This document shows, piece after piece, positions 13,170 to 26,913 of a stretch of 64,000 nucleotides of DNA (the first letter of the stretch is position 1; each line of letters begins with the position of its first letter). This stretch comes from Leptogorgia sarmentosa (Eukaryota). The position numbers were made by a program, and so were the translations under genes. The notes under the pieces were generated by a model. The model was not told where the DNA came from. It worked only from the letters and a program-made list of their open reading frames with translations, and searched no databases. The DNA is taken from positions 4,526,001 to 4,590,000 of the forward strand of contig OZ210885.1 in NCBI GenBank assembly GCA_964658305.1, written 5' to 3'.

Positions 13170-13350
13170 AGCAGATAACATCAACAAGCAGCAGAAGTTG
13201 TACTCACTACCTAAACAATACAATTCGATTCGGCATTTGGAACAAAGACCCTTTTAGGGAATTAGTCATCATTCCCGATGAAGGAAGGTTCTTTACTCAA
13301 AACGAATTTTATCGTAGCGTTTAGGTAGTGACGTGAGCAGAACTTTTGCT
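13170..13350. repeat. Dispersed repeat resembling Penelope-like pseudo-LTR remnants; other pieces at ~5550-5650, 8260-8390, 10880-10945, 25390-25430, 34570-34660, 42240-42330
   Basis: Shared consensus ..gacgaagggcc..tcgaaacgtc..tgtatcgtttaggtagtgagtaraacttttgctgcttgttgatgytatctacactggccacatgttgaag, often as head-to-head inverted pairs. The PLE assignment is inferred from the decayed hammerhead-like core. Confidence 0.45.
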
Positions 13351-16300
13351 GTTTGTTGGAATTGGAACATAAACATTTTTAACATGGAGAAGCTGCTGCC
13401 CTCTGGCGGGAATAATGATATTGATATATGGCCCTGAAATTTCAGTGTAAAAACAATCCATTATCCACTTGACCAGGTGATGTCGTGTTCGCGTTTTAGC
13501 CAATAATCAGCGCTCAGAACCCTTTGCCCGAATAGAACTCCATATTCCCTCGATTATATCGTTCGTTGTTCTGTACGAAACCAGTCTGTTGAAATTTTGT
13601 AATTATGTTTGGTTATGAGAACTATAGCTCTGACGAAAATATGGAATCAAAATAAAGTATATTACGGGAGATATTCAGTTGTTTCAATCGAAGAATGGAT
13701 TCCTATCTGACAGCTAGTCCCAGTCCTTTTCCGTGTATTGAGATCACCTGGTATATGGCCCTGAAATGCAACAACAATCCACTTATCTAGCTAATCGATT
13801 GCGCTACTCATTAAAGCTTTCAAAATGCGTCTAAAATATTTATAACTAACTGTGTCGTCTAATTAAGAGCGTTCAACAAGTGCGCTCTTGATGCAAGACG
13901 CTAAGGGTTGTATATATAATTACTACACTATTATATTCATGTCTGCTATGTTATATTTGCCGATATTTGAATACAACTGAGGCGTGCCACAAGCGAAATA
14001 AGCTGACATAAACTTCCTTTTCCAAATTAAAGCTTTATGCTTGTGATATTATATTGTGCATATACTGTAAGTGAATTTATAGCGACTGCATGGGCAGAGA
14101 GCAGTAATTATAGCCGCAACTTCGTTGGAAAAAGTCTTCCCTTTCTCCTTTGTTTTGGAACATAAAATCATTTTTCTCAGTGTCGATTTTTTATTGCATT
14201 GCTTGAAGTCTAATTATTCTCAATTTGAGCCACCTGCACTGGGAAATTTGAACGAACTGCATGCTGTGTAAAGTAATATAATAAACGAGAATTTTATATA
14301 TGCTTGTGCGAGAAAACATAAAATTCACTCAGAAAAAATAACGTATTAAACACAAAAGGTTATTTCCTATTCTCACTCTTTATTTCATAAGCGTTCAAGC
14401 AAAAAACTGCAACAAACGAAGTCGATAACACCATAGACAATGAAAGGAATGGACTGAAAACACATGCACGCTAGAACTGCACAACATCCGTGATACGCTT
14501 TATTTGGAACCCTATAACTTCATATCAAATCCATTCCAGGACTTCGTATTGACATAGTTTAAACCAGAAGAGAAATGAGTGTTCATCTATCAACCGTTCA
14601 GACTTTTCCGGCCGTAAACAAGACAAAAAATCACTGTTGAATGTTTTATATATAACACTCTTTTTAATAACAATTATGCATGATGGCGAATTTCGGTAAT
14701 CAAAATGAACGCGAGATTTAGGCGTTGGTTTTTAGCTTTGTTTTGTCCCAAATGAATTTTAAAAATTGATAAGTGCATTGACATTGCCGTTCTTGCCCTG
14801 AAAAGTCAGGGTGGAACTAGCGTCGTCAGTAGATTTAAGATTTCACGCTTAAAGCCCATAAACAAAGAAATCATTTATAAACCATTCATTCGCCATGAAA
14901 GAATAATCACTTGAAATCACGGAAGAATAAAAAGATAAAATCCATCTGTTTTTGCACTATCAGAGTTTTCCTCTCATCAGATTCTGATTGTAACAATTCT
15001 ATAATGCTATTTTTTTATTTCTGTACTTTTCTTTTTTTACTTTGCCATAATAGAATGGTAGTATTTATCTTATGTAGATCGTATATATCAATCAAGAATC
15101 CCTCATGCAATTGTGGAAGATGGTCCTAAGAACCAGGGGCTCGCTGGGTAATCCGCCCCTGTTGAGTGTAATATCTTATAAAGCATAAAAATTTGGTATT
15201 TGTATACTTATGAGTGAAGGCCTACACAGACCGGATGCGATTTGGTAACGCGACGCGATTTTTTGGTTTTTAAAAGTGCATAAAACAGTCCCAGAAAGTA
15301 AAGTTTGCAATCCATGCAAGTAATCCTGGTGGGTTGAGATGTCTTGCAGCTATCAATGTTTGGAAAATATTGCTTCAGGAGCAATCATATTTGCTTGCCA
15401 AAGTTGAAAAATCGCGTCAAGTTATACCGAATCGCGCCCGGTCTGTGGGGCTTCAAAAATAAAATATCGTTTCAGCTGCAAACGCACTGGATCATATTAA
15501 CGTCAGCGAAAAAAACTTCATTGCACGGAAATATTCCGGAGAAATCGTGGCTGAACTGATTTTTTTTCAGGTAATTTATAGAACTAGGGCACCCATGCAG
15601 CGAAGATTGAGGTTCAATTATTCAGTGCTTAAACGTCATATACGCCTGAAGTAAATGTATTGTCACAAAATGTCATAAATATGATTCATTCACATGTGAA
15701 AATTTGTGTTCTAATAAAGAATTAAATCAAAATTTCACATATGAAATCAAAGGTTGGTTTACACTATGTCAAAGCTGCTGTGATTACATAGCATGAATTT
15801 TGCATGTGTATATATACACTAAGTCTGATTGTTTAAGGTATGAAGATTGAGAGCTATTGAGCATTCGAGAGTTGATCTGAAAATTCTTTGATGTTTCCAC
15901 ACATTTGTACACACGATGAACAATGGAATTGCCGAATATCGATCAAAACAATCACGCACAGCGTGTCCCTTTGCGGAATCACTCCAACTGTATACTGACA
16001 AAAATATTAATGAATGAAGCAAAATTCAAAACATACACAAACGAGATCAACACAAAGCGTAGCTCATAATAAACACTATTAAATTTGCTAATATTCTGAG
16101 ATTATATATCTTCATTGACTTGTTAGTTCCAATTACAAATCCTATAGCTATAGCTACATGAAGCAAAATTCAATTCGTGACATGATGTAATATATTGTCT
16201 TATTTTTTTATTTGACACACACACAACACGAATCAGTGAAAATAGCACACTTTATTCACTTCTAAGCTTTCAACTTCGAGACGTGAAATTTTTGCAGGGA

Positions 16301-16803
16301 ATTGTATTTTTAAACGCGTAAGCAAGCCTGATAGAAGCGTAACAAACTCCAACATCAACATGTAGTCATACTATGTATCGCTATAGCCACGCAGTAAAGG
16401 TTGCGGATGGCAACTTATATATAAAAAAAACAGCAAACGTTTTTTTTTTTGCTCACACTATCTACACGATACAATATGATTCAACGTTTCAAGCAAAGAC
16501 CCAACAATAATTCCTGACAGAGAACTTTGCACCAAACGTCGAATCGTTTTGTATCTTCTTACAGGTATATTGTCGCTGACTTTCGCTGCCACTTTATGTT
16601 GAGGGCGGAGCTATATATATGTATTCCTTGTTGCAAATTTTTAAACTATATAGGTATATATAATTATGAAGTTGATGGGATATTTTTAGCAGCAATATTT
16701 GATCATTATATAAAACTAGCTAAGTTTCATTTGATATATGCAGTGCTCATTACGTTTTGTCTGCATTAAAAACACTCTACTGTATGTTTGTTTGTATATT
16801 GTA

Positions 16804-17292
16804 TCAACGTTCAGTGTACTCAATACCATTAAGAGCAACGTTTTTCGCGTCTGAATCGAAAACCTTATCCCAATCTCTTTCGGTGTTGTAGAAGTCCGCC
16901 TTTTTGAATGCCGACTTCATCTTCAGTCCGAGCAGCACAACGTCAGATTTAAAATCCTTATCATCTAACCAAGCTTTGAATTTTTCAACAGAGGAAATAG
17001 GCAGGTCACTTAATCTGCGACGGCTGTGGATTTGAGCGTCATTTGGCAGCCCGCTCGTGGAACAGATGCCAGTGTCCTGCTCTTTGTGTTTTTTCGTTTT
17101 AACGCTGAAATAACGAATTTCCTCTAAGTCTTCAGACCAACGAACTCGTCGCATTCTGTGCGATTTAACGTAAGCAATTTCCTCCAAAGGCGAAATGATT
17201 TCTTCAACCGATTTTGCTGGACAAATCAATGCACTGCTTAATCCCTCATTCGGTTTCTCTTCCTTGCAATCCGCTTCGGCCATCATGTACAC
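16804..17292 (-). CDS. Uncharacterised 162-aa protein with an RVxW (PP1-docking-like) motif
   Basis: ATG-initiated ORF that is long for this AT content and protein-like in composition. Contains HRMRRVRWSEDLEEIRYF. Confidence 0.6.
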   Translation of the reverse strand: MYMMAEADCKEEKPNEGLSSALICPAKSVEEIISPLEEIAYVKSHRMRRVRWSEDLEEIRYFSVKTKKHKEQDTGICSTSGLPNDAQIHSRRRLSDLPISSVEKFKAWLDDKDFKSDVVLLGLKMKSAFKKADFYNTERDWDKVFDSDAKNVALNGIEYTER

Positions 17293-18240
17293 TGACTATT
17301 AATTTCAAACAAAATATATGCAAAATACAACAAGTCTACGAGAGTTACATATTAGACAGCCAAGTTTCAATAAGACGAGACTCAGGAAGCCCCTCTTTGC
17401 ACTCAAACTGTCAACAACCAGCTGATAAATTAGACAGATAATCACTAAAGTTTATTTAATAACGTGTTTTTACATTTTTATCGATATATTCATGCAAATG
17501 TCTTGCAAATAGCTTCCAAATACTAAATATAAATATGCTAATTTTTTTTGAAAATTTTTATTTTTACCATATCAGGTATGCAAGCTCAAAGGATTTCATC
17601 GACTGTTAACGTTTTATCTTTCGGTAGATAAGTATATTGTACACAAATGCAAAGCTCAACAGCCATAGGGCTCATATGCCGGGACGAAAGCCACAAATTC
17701 ACGTTGCATTATGGAAATGAATTGTTAATGAATCAAACTGTGTCGACAGCAGATCAAGAGCCACCTGCGGAACAAATTCGATAAATTAATCGGCGGCGGT
17801 CATAATGACAGGAGATCATTCATTTTTTTTCGAAGCACATGAACCGCCGCTACAAATATCATTTCCCACAGGTGGAAAATGTGATTCTAACAGGTACCGC
17901 GGTCGCCCTTAATGCATGTTGTTGTCCATTCTTTTATCACTATGATACAAATATTGCCTATTCTTTGTTTGTGTGAAAACCCAAATCTATGAAATTAATA
18001 CATTGTCATTATCGTGGACGCGTACTCCATTTTGCAAGGGTATTTCGGCCGCGCAGATAGATCCCGAAACGGCCATTTCATGTTTGTACACGAACGCAGT
18101 TGATCCGTGCAAGATGAAGTATGCAACAAGTCGTCTATACAGAGTCTAATAAGGTTGCAACTTGTAAGGCGTCGTGGGCTCGAAAATTTTTTTCGCACGC
18201 TTTTTTCCTTTTGCTATTATACCTATTTGCAACAAACTAA

Positions 18241-18601
18241 GGCCTAGTTCAAACGTCGAACTTTACATGAACCGACCCTGTCGACCAATTAGGTCGATTG
18301 TTGGTCGACCCTAAAGGTTAGTTAATCCAGACATGGCACCCTTGTCGAAGTCGAACCTAGTTGAGAGACCGTCATTTCGCGCCATTTTCATGAAATTTAA
18401 ATTAGTCCATCATGGCGGTGTTCGACGTTTGAATGCGACTCGATCCAAAGTCGTAATTCCGACAGCCATAGTCGAACTTTCACATTGTGTCGACCTAAAC
18501 GACACGAGTCGAAACTGACTGATTCGGACGCCGATCTTTACATGAGCTCAATCCCTAAAAGTAAGATCGGTTCATGCAAAGTGCGACATTTGAACTAGGC
18601 C
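18241..18601. mobile_element. PIF/Harbinger MITE
   Basis: TIRs GGCCTAGTTCAAAC / TTTGAACTAGGCC with a TAA target-site duplication. Confidence 0.8.
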
Positions 18602-18772
18602 TAAGTTGGAGTGGCAGTTTCTTCCGATCATTGTACTTCAGCTAATTGGGTTTCGGTTTTTAAAATCCTATTAATAAATAAATAAATAAAAAGCTTCGTC
18701 AAATTTCACATGAAATAATTTATAACTGTTTCAATTTCAATTTTGGAATCGACATGCTGCCATGTTTGTTGA

Positions 18773-18910
18773 TAGGGAAATTTAGCAAACACGACGTGAC
18801 GTCTAAGATGTCGTGAAAATAGCGTAAAAATGGCGTGATATTATCATTTATGGATTTAAACGCCATTTTCACGACGTCTTAGACGGTCACGTCGTGTTTG
18901 CTAAATTACT
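18773..18910. mobile_element. Palindromic MITE
   Basis: Inverted arms aatttagcaaacacgacgtgacgtctaag / cttagacggtcacgtcgtgtttgctaaatt. Confidence 0.6.
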
Positions 18911-19464
18911 TTGATTATTATAAAACAATATAGAACATAATGCTAAGTCAGAGATAAATTCACACGTGAAATTATCAAAAATAATCTAAAATGGAAATTA
19001 TCATTTTTATCAGTGCCAGAAAGATCTTAGCCTGTATGTAAACTATACCTTATATGACAAAATAACTTCAACGATGTCGTTGCGATCTACTCACGTTGTT
19101 CTTATTTAACAACAATATTGCACAATAACTAAGGCCATTACCATACACAAAATAAGTTGCGACCATGTCGTACGAGTATAGTGGCCGCGTAAGATCGATA
19201 ATTGGGGGGGGGGGGGCTTATATTCATATATTAGTGTTCACAGACCGTGAAAACAATCGATTTCAAAACAAATTAGTAATGCATTTGCCGAATATATGAA
19301 TATTGGCCCCCTCAAATATCGACCTTACACTGACGTGCAAATGATAACGATACAAAATGTTTGTTTGCGTCTTTGATAAAAATTAGCCATGGCTGAGATT
19401 TCATCCCAGTTGTTAAAGTAGAAAAATGAAAAAGAAACAAAAGGAAATTGTGTATTAAGATTAT

Positions 19465-20240
19465 TAAACAATCTTTGAATGAGGTCGAGTAGGATACGAG
19501 GAATTATTAAGGCCGAGGTATGTATTATTTGTTTTTATATAATACCTCATTACATTCAGGTCGTTTGATTGGTTAATTATGGTCACGTGATATTGAATAG
19601 AAAGTTCCATTTCCCAAGAGTGCAATAGTACGAATACTATTGCACCCTGGAGAGTGCAATAGTGTTCGTACTATTGCACTCTGTGTTTTCAGTAACTCCC
19701 ATCCTTCAAAACGCTCTTCGGACAGTGATCGCAGTTTATTTAGCCCCGATTCTCAACGTGAGGTAAATGCGATTTATATAAAACAAATTATGTATAACAA
19801 ATATTATATAAACAAACAAGTATTATATAAAACAAATAATGAATGTTTTTATTCGTGCAATGTTAAGAATATTTTCATTCGGTGAAAGATGGAATGTTCC
19901 ATTCAACTCGGCTATCGCCTCGTTGAATAGAACATTCCATCTTTCACCTCATGAAAATATTCTTACCATTGCACTCATAAACATTCATTATTTGTATATT
20001 ATTTATTTGTATCTTTATCCGACTTAGTTTGAACGGTTGCGTTGTAAACAAGAATTTGTATTTTTCGCCGCTTTTTACATAAGCAGCATAAATTAGTTGA
20101 CGTCATAATGTCATATAATTTTCAATATACGACATAATTACGTCATAATTTTGTATATGTGTTTTACCGAGCAGATATGACGAATTCACCCACTGCTCTT
20201 AACCAGTCAAAACTCTTGAATTATTGTAAATAAATAATGT
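19465..20240. mobile_element. Hairpin-ended element (family also at ~53229-53480) interrupted by a second hairpin-ended element (~19540-19995)
   Basis: The flanks match 53231-53480 on both sides of the insert, and the insert ends in a ~160 bp hairpin (19835-19993). Confidence 0.6.
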
Positions 20241-20378
20241 GTATTAATCAAATTATATATTCCATTATTCAATACGTCAACAGAAGGGTTGAATTCCCAG
20301 CCCAAGCTGAAATTTTTCCATGTATTTAGTGACAAAACGAAAGTTTTCGCAAATAAAACAATTGCAAGTAGTTGCCAC

Positions 20379-20574
20379 TTAAGAAATAGAAAACATTTTT
20401 TCCGTGTTTCTATAAGTTATAAAAACACTTACGGAAGTTTGGGAGAAACTCGAAATTGCGTGGAAACATTCGCACTTCGTGCTCGTGTTCCCACGGAATT
20501 TCTCGCTTCTCCCAAACTTCCACGCGTGTTTCTATAACTCTATAGGAACACGGAAAATGTTTTCTATTTCTTAA
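20379..20574 (-). repeat. Long imperfect hairpin with tandem GA/GA mismatches and a GAA loop (minus strand)
   Basis: Arms taagaaatagaaaacattt.. / ..aaatgttttctatttctta; centre gcac-ttc-gtgc. Confidence 0.8.
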
Positions 20575-21553
20575 ATAGTGCATGAAATTTAAATACACAG
20601 AACTAAATCTGACGAGGGAGGAAACCTCTGTGCAGGGAGTCAACTGCGTTTTCAAGATAAAGAATGATGCACAGCACGCAGCAGGGACTGTTGCTAAAAC
20701 CCAATGAGCAGGTGTTTCTACTTTAAGACGTATGTATTATGAACTGCACTTCTTTTCATGAATATCGCTTATCGTCGCTGATGCTACATAATAAAACACG
20801 TCAAATGCAACGGACTAGAAAGCACGCAGAAATTCGTTGCTGTTTGGAGGGAGTGATACCAAAATAGTGCAGGCTCATTTGCTATATAATGGAAATTAAG
20901 GCCTATAATTAATTCAGTTTTGCTGCCGTTTTTCACTGCATGTGTGTGCTTTTCTTCTAGTTTTGCAGGGGCCGGTTGTTCGTAGCCCGTTTGGCCTAAG
21001 CGGTTGATATGTCCCGAATACCAAGCAAGTCTATGTGTTCATTGAACAATCAAAATAAACTGAATTTTCAATCAAACTGAATTTTTATGTGCAGTATTTC
21101 GGTAACTCCCGCCATGCCACTAATTTCAATATCAAAACTCACTCTGTAAGAAAGGATGTCCTTCGGAAACCTTAGACGATGAATTGTGAGCGTGCAAGGG
21201 ATGCAGGTTGTTGCTTATTCAAAGCCGGCTTGGTAAATGACTAACCCCGTATGTTTTCATGTTTACCATACAGGGTGTCCCAAAAAACCCCAAAACCGTT
21301 TAAATTAAGTCATTGTTTGAATTTGAAGGCCCTTTGGATTTGAACGTAAAATGCGTAAGAAGCGATTAAGAAACGGCTTGTAAGTCCACATTGATTAAAA
21401 CCAAATTTGGCATAATAAAGCGATAACATCGTCTCGTCGAATTAATCATCCGTACTGTCAAAGTACCTATTATTATCATGACAAAATACTCGATGCTAGT
21501 TGGTCAATCATTTCATTAATTATACGACAGTACGTTTTTTTAAAAACAAACAG

Positions 21554-21720
21554 ATGGCTGAAAGATTGAAGTTTAGCCCATTGTCAAACGAAATTATTCC
21601 CGACAATATGAACAGTAAAAGTATCGGATTTTGGCTAAAAGTCTAGCAGGACTTGAAACTCCGAAATATGATGTTTATATTGAGAATTATCGCCCACGAG
21701 AGCTGGATAAAGCGCTGAGG
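21554..21720 (+). pseudogene. Decayed Crypton-like (tyrosine recombinase element) N-terminal fragment
   Basis: MAERLK..IGFWLKV* then, after a frameshift, IENYRPRELDKAL. This resembles the N-terminal region of CryptonA/DUF3504 proteins (recalled similarity only). Confidence 0.3.
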
Positions 21721-22528
21721 TTGAAAGACGCAATTTAATGGTCATGCTAAAAATATAGTCTATATAGTAGTCACGCGATGTTGCTCGTTGAGATTTCGAA
21801 CTTTTCACGTGCCAAAACCTAATGTTAATGAGCCAAGTTCTTCTTTGAGTCTCTTCCCGGCAGCTCGTCCAGTGTTAGTTGAATTTGTCAAACATCACTC
21901 GTATACTATTAATCCCTAATGCATTGCTGGGTTTATTCATTTAAAAAAACTTCAGAGGACTGCATGCTACAAATGATACGAGTAGAGTAGCCAATCAAAT
22001 TACAGCATGTACAGTTAGTTTACTGGTATGATTCTACTGACAGCTCTAGTCTCAAAATTGATAAATTTTATATTTCATAAATACAATTTTATCCACACAG
22101 TTTAATAAAGTTCATGAATATTGAATGAGCTTTTCTGAATTAAATCCCAAGCATTAGCATTGTATTATTGGCATCACATGTATAATTTGTAAGTCGATCT
22201 CAATTTCACTGAACTTCGCAAATTCGATGTAAATTTCGAAAGTTTATATAGAAAGTAACAAATAGGCTCTGATTGGCTTTCAGATAAAACCATAACTTTT
22301 GAACTTTGCAACAAATTTGCGAAGCTCCGAGTGAAGTTTGAAAAATTTTGTGAAAAATCATTGACATGCATGAATACGGTGTCAAGCAATTAAAACTGTC
22401 GCTTTCTCGAAATATTTTGGGTAAAACAAAGCAAAAAGTCGGTTTAGTTTTATTTTTAAAACTCTGGTCACTATGTAGTGAATGTTTAACAATTTTCTTA
22501 AAAAAGATACATTATAATTTGAGTAGGT

Positions 22529-25500
22529 CTACTTTTTCACTTTGATAAAAGACTTCAGAAGAGAAACCCTTTTATCGAGGCTTAACTCGGCTATTGTTTC
22601 AAACTTTATGTCAAGCTCTTTCAAAAATGTCAGCAGTAAGTCAGTAAACTTTTTCAGATCATCAATTTTGGGTTGCAACCTCGTGCCATCTTCTTGCAAG
22701 CATTCTTCATGTGGCATAAGAACTACTGTCGCTGTGTTAATAGCTTTATGTCTAAAAAAAATGTGAAAGTGAGACTTTTGCCAACAATTGTGATTGGATA
22801 ATTTGCGGTCACATGACCCTAATTAAATGCAATGTTTCCCGCAGGGGCAATAATTACTAAACAGTTATTGCCTTCACGACAACTGCCCCGTAAAAACAGT
22901 GCAGCCCCCCGCAAAAAAGTTTTCACATCCTAGCTGGGTGCCTGGTATTAACTAACGCACGAAAAATTAACACCATGCACGATTGGGAAAAAGAAATGAA
23001 CTTTGTGTAGGTAATACGAAACATACAAAATTTACACATATAATGCCATCAGTTCACTTCTCAAATCCTGCCAAACTTCCCTCAAACTATTGATCCTGAC
23101 AGTAAATATTTAGTGCATGCAAGTTTATCTTAGTACAGTTTATCCTGTACAATTGAGTTCAAAAAATACGTTTGTCAGGGAAAATCTCTGCTGAATTTGG
23201 CAATTGACGTCTTTTGATAGCCCCCTGCTGGTTTTAATAGCCTCAAAAGACATGGTTGAGCTCTCTCTCTCTCTCAAATTGTATTGTGCGATTTGTATCA
23301 CTGCATATGTTTTAGCTTCGTCAAATTAACCGCTGTAACAAATTGTGAATGATTGCAATGCTAGCCGTATTCATGTATTCCAATTATAAATACACACAGG
23401 TACAGTTTTTACCTGGGTATCCATTCCATGCAGCCTTTTAAATTATATATTTGGTCTTGAGTTTTGTAGTGCTTTATATATACGTTATACAGTATTTGTC
23501 AAGTATAATATTGTCAAGCCGCACAATAATCAGGCGGAAAGAACATGGACAATATATAATGCAGCTATTATGTTTAATTTGTTTAATTTTCCTTATCTTT
23601 TGAAATGCTAATTGTTGGCTATCTAAAATATTTACAATGTATTTGAATGAATTCAGTAATATGAAGCTGATCGACAAGCTTCGCATTGTATAACTAGCAA
23701 TGAAATGCTGAAGCCACTATCACAGAATTTAAAAAACGCAAAGAATGGCATGGTCCATGCCATGGTCTTAGTTTGGGAACAATAAATGCGACAAAAGTAT
23801 TTACAAAACTTACAAAATACGTGGCAAGCTATTAATACTGCTGAATTTTATTTGCTATAAAGATACTTCAAAGAACTTGTTATTATTTCTACTTCTCTCC
23901 TAATCGTGAACCATTTATAAAAACAAGGGCGTCAATCCTGGGGGGGATGGGGGGACGCGTCCCCCCCACTTTTTGAAGTGGGGGGGACGAATATCTAATT
24001 ATCCCCCCCACTTTTTATCATATTTAAAAAAAATTGTTTTTTGGTAACCTTAAAACCCCATGCCTGTATGCTACATATCGTGAATTGTGAAGTACAATCA
24101 ACAATCTGAGATCAGAAGAAAACTATTCGGCGCGTTCGAATAGTTCTGCGAATGAAATCCTAATTGGAAAAGCAATAAACAATAAGCCACGTACACACGT
24201 TCAAATTTGCTTTTGTTTTTATTGATCATTGTATGTACAATGATGAAATCATTTCATTTGCGATTCAAATCTTTATTTTATTTATTAAAAATAATAAATA
24301 TTTACTATTTATTTTGATTTTCACGAATGAGCGCCATTAGGATAGACATTTCTTTTTATTATTATAATATTTTATTACTAAAATATTTTTTTTAAATCAT
24401 TAATAGTACTTATAACCATCATTTAACGAACATACATATGTAAATATTAAGTAGTATTATTATTATTATTAAAATACGTGTTCAAATAATACACATGCAT
24501 TTGGCATCGACAAAAAATTCTCATAATTTAGGCAAGAAATTCGGCGGAATAATTTTAGTAAAACTCGTCCCCAGAACGTTGAAAATGGCATTTGTGCATG
24601 AGGTTTCAAATTTCAAAATTTTTCGGGGAAGCATGCTCCCAGACCCTTCTAGAAAGGGGCACGTTTCATTACTATTTTACAACAGACAGATTTTTGCCCC
24701 CCCCCCCATAAGCGTACGAGGCGGGGGGGGGGCAAGGGGGGCAACCCCCAAAAAATTAAAATCGGGAAATTCGGGCACCGGCCGATTTTGAGCATAATTC
24801 GGGCAAAACTCTAAGGAATAAGGTAATGTCAACAATTCTCCAGTCGTTCACCTGAACAACCGTACCAAGAAAGTGGATTGGGACTCTGAAATCGCCGTTT
24901 CCGGCAATCCAGAGGTTGTAAAAGTTCAAAAATTTCTCGCTCGGCGCCAACCATGGTGGCGCCTCGTGACATCTGCTATTCTGCTACCCTCAAATTCGGG
25001 CAAAGATCCTTCTGCCCCCCCTGAAAAAATGTAGCCCGTACGCTTATGGTCCCCCCCACTTTTTGGGACGGATTGACGCCCTTGTATAAAAACACAAGTA
25101 ACCTAATAATTGAGATAAAACGTTGTGTGCTGCGAAACTGCGAAAGGTATATAAATAAAAGAGCAATTTAAGCAAAGACGCGGCGTTCTAGATTATAGTA
25201 CAATTTACACTCGCTAAACAAAGCTTTGTTTATACTGAAGTGAAATTATTTTTGTTGAGAGCAGGTTATTGTTGACTTTGCCTTGTTTGTATTCCCCAAA
25301 CACAGTGATAAAATACAAATTCAAGTTCTATACACACTGCCTAAACGATACAATAAAATTCGAAAAAAGATTCACTATATAATCACGCTAATATATGACG
25401 AAGGGCCGATGCTCAAGACGTCGAATGATCGCTATATACATATAGTTATAAATTGTTTGAACTTTCTTGAGCAATTACTAAACAAAACTATTTACCTTTC

Positions 25501-25854
25501 GATGCATTCTTTCGCTTCTAAAGTGCTCATTATCCTTTGAAACCACTCTTCGCCCAAGTACATTTTGCAATATATAATTGGATCTAGACCGCGGTCACCG
25601 ATATACGAAATATTCTTAACACACAAGTCTTTGTCGATACGTGATTGAGCTTGTAGAATCTCCACCTGAAGTTGGTAAAACGTATCAGGATTTGTTTTTG
25701 GATCAAAGTCTTTCTTCTGCCATCCGTGTTCTGCAATAATATTTCTCGCAACTTCATTCACGGCGTGAAGATTTTGATCAGGTTCTGAAAGTAAGCGGTT
25801 CAATAACGTAGTTTTACCAGTGCTATGAGCCCCGCATATAAAGACACGCAACAT
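22529..25854 (-). CDS. AAA_28 / NadR-type P-loop NTPase, ~193 aa, exons 25854-25496 and 22751-22529
   Basis: Walker A GAHSTGKTT, then EVAR, Q..IL..Q and DR.LDP..Y; exon 2 adds LQEDGTRL and RV. Phase-2 GT-AG junction (GAA AG|gtaaat ... ttttag|A CAT). Confidence 0.8.
23924..25084. mobile_element. Non-autonomous hAT element in the NTPase intron, with a nested element at ~24707-25049
   Basis: TIR CAAGGGCGTCAATCC / GGATTGACGCCCTTG and a perfect 8-bp TSD TATAAAAA. The nested element has ends CATAAGCGTACG / CGTACGCTTATG. Confidence 0.85.
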
Positions 25855-26389
25855 TGTAGCTTAATAACTATATATATAAACTATTAAATATCCTTTTATG
25901 TTCCCAAGTGAAAGGCTTTTGCCGGAATAATATGAATTACAGCGAACGTCCGATTGTTGAGTGTTTTAAATGTGTAGGCGTCGAATTTTATAAATAATTG
26001 ATCAGGTCAAGGATTAGCTGGTCTTCCAGGAAAATGAAGGATTTCCAATGAAATGGCGGAAGCCAGATGTTCAAGTGTGAAAACAATGCTACGACAATAA
26101 AAAGTAGTTGTTTGCGTTAAGCCTTGCTAACACTAGCTGTACAACTTTTGCTTACAACTGTCGCATGCAACGCGCTTATACAACTCGAATTGTACAATGT
26201 AAATTAACCCTACAACTCGCTACGACAGTTCGATACAACACGAAAAAAGTTGTAGCCTTTTGAAAGCATGCTTTAAAAGCTTACGACAATTGCATGCGAC
26301 AGGTTTGTACAGTATGAACCGGCCTTTATTTGTTGACCTACATCTAACGATAAAAGCTGACGTATACTCATTTATGCAAGTTTGTTTCG

Positions 26390-26635
26390 TTAATAATCCA
26401 GGACTTGATTTTGCATTGTTTCTTCTACCATTGGCATCCAAATTTCGTCGTCCGTTGTCACCGGACTTTCAGAACCATGAGTTGAAGCAGTCGACAAATC
26501 ATCTTCCGATTCCGTTGTCTGACTGTCTGTTTCTGACATTTCACTCTCTTGATTCTTTAATGGACAGTGCATGTTTTCGTGTCGACGTAGATTGAAACCT
26601 CGATTAAATGCTTTCCCGCAGAATTTGCAGATCAT
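26390..26635 (-). pseudogene. Truncated single C2H2 zinc-finger / acidic protein, possibly a Polinton-Maverick accessory gene
   Basis: MICKFCGKAFNRGFNLRRHENMHC, then an S/E/D-rich tract and WMPMVEETMQ before an early stop. Confidence 0.5.
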
Positions 26636-26913
26636 TCCGCTAGCAAGGACTGTGTAAAAATGCTTTGTTATTGAGCACTGCCTCACTTTTATTTGAGCAT
26701 ATGAGCATGTGCTCATGAGGGAATGAGCGATTACGAGCATCGCCCACAAGTGCTCAAAACTGCTCATGAGCACATGCTCATCTGCTCATCGCATGAATAA
26801 TGAATTGCACTGGAAATTTAACAAGCTTTGTGAAATTTATCCCAGCCTTTTTATCGTATGAGCATATGAGCATGTGTTCACAAATCAACCCGCGAATAGG
26901 TTTCGTAAAAATA

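Noticed and set aside
25390..25430. Active hammerhead ribozyme
   Set aside because: The core is mutated (ATGACGA..CAAGAC instead of CTGANGA..CGAAAC); other copies are also broken.
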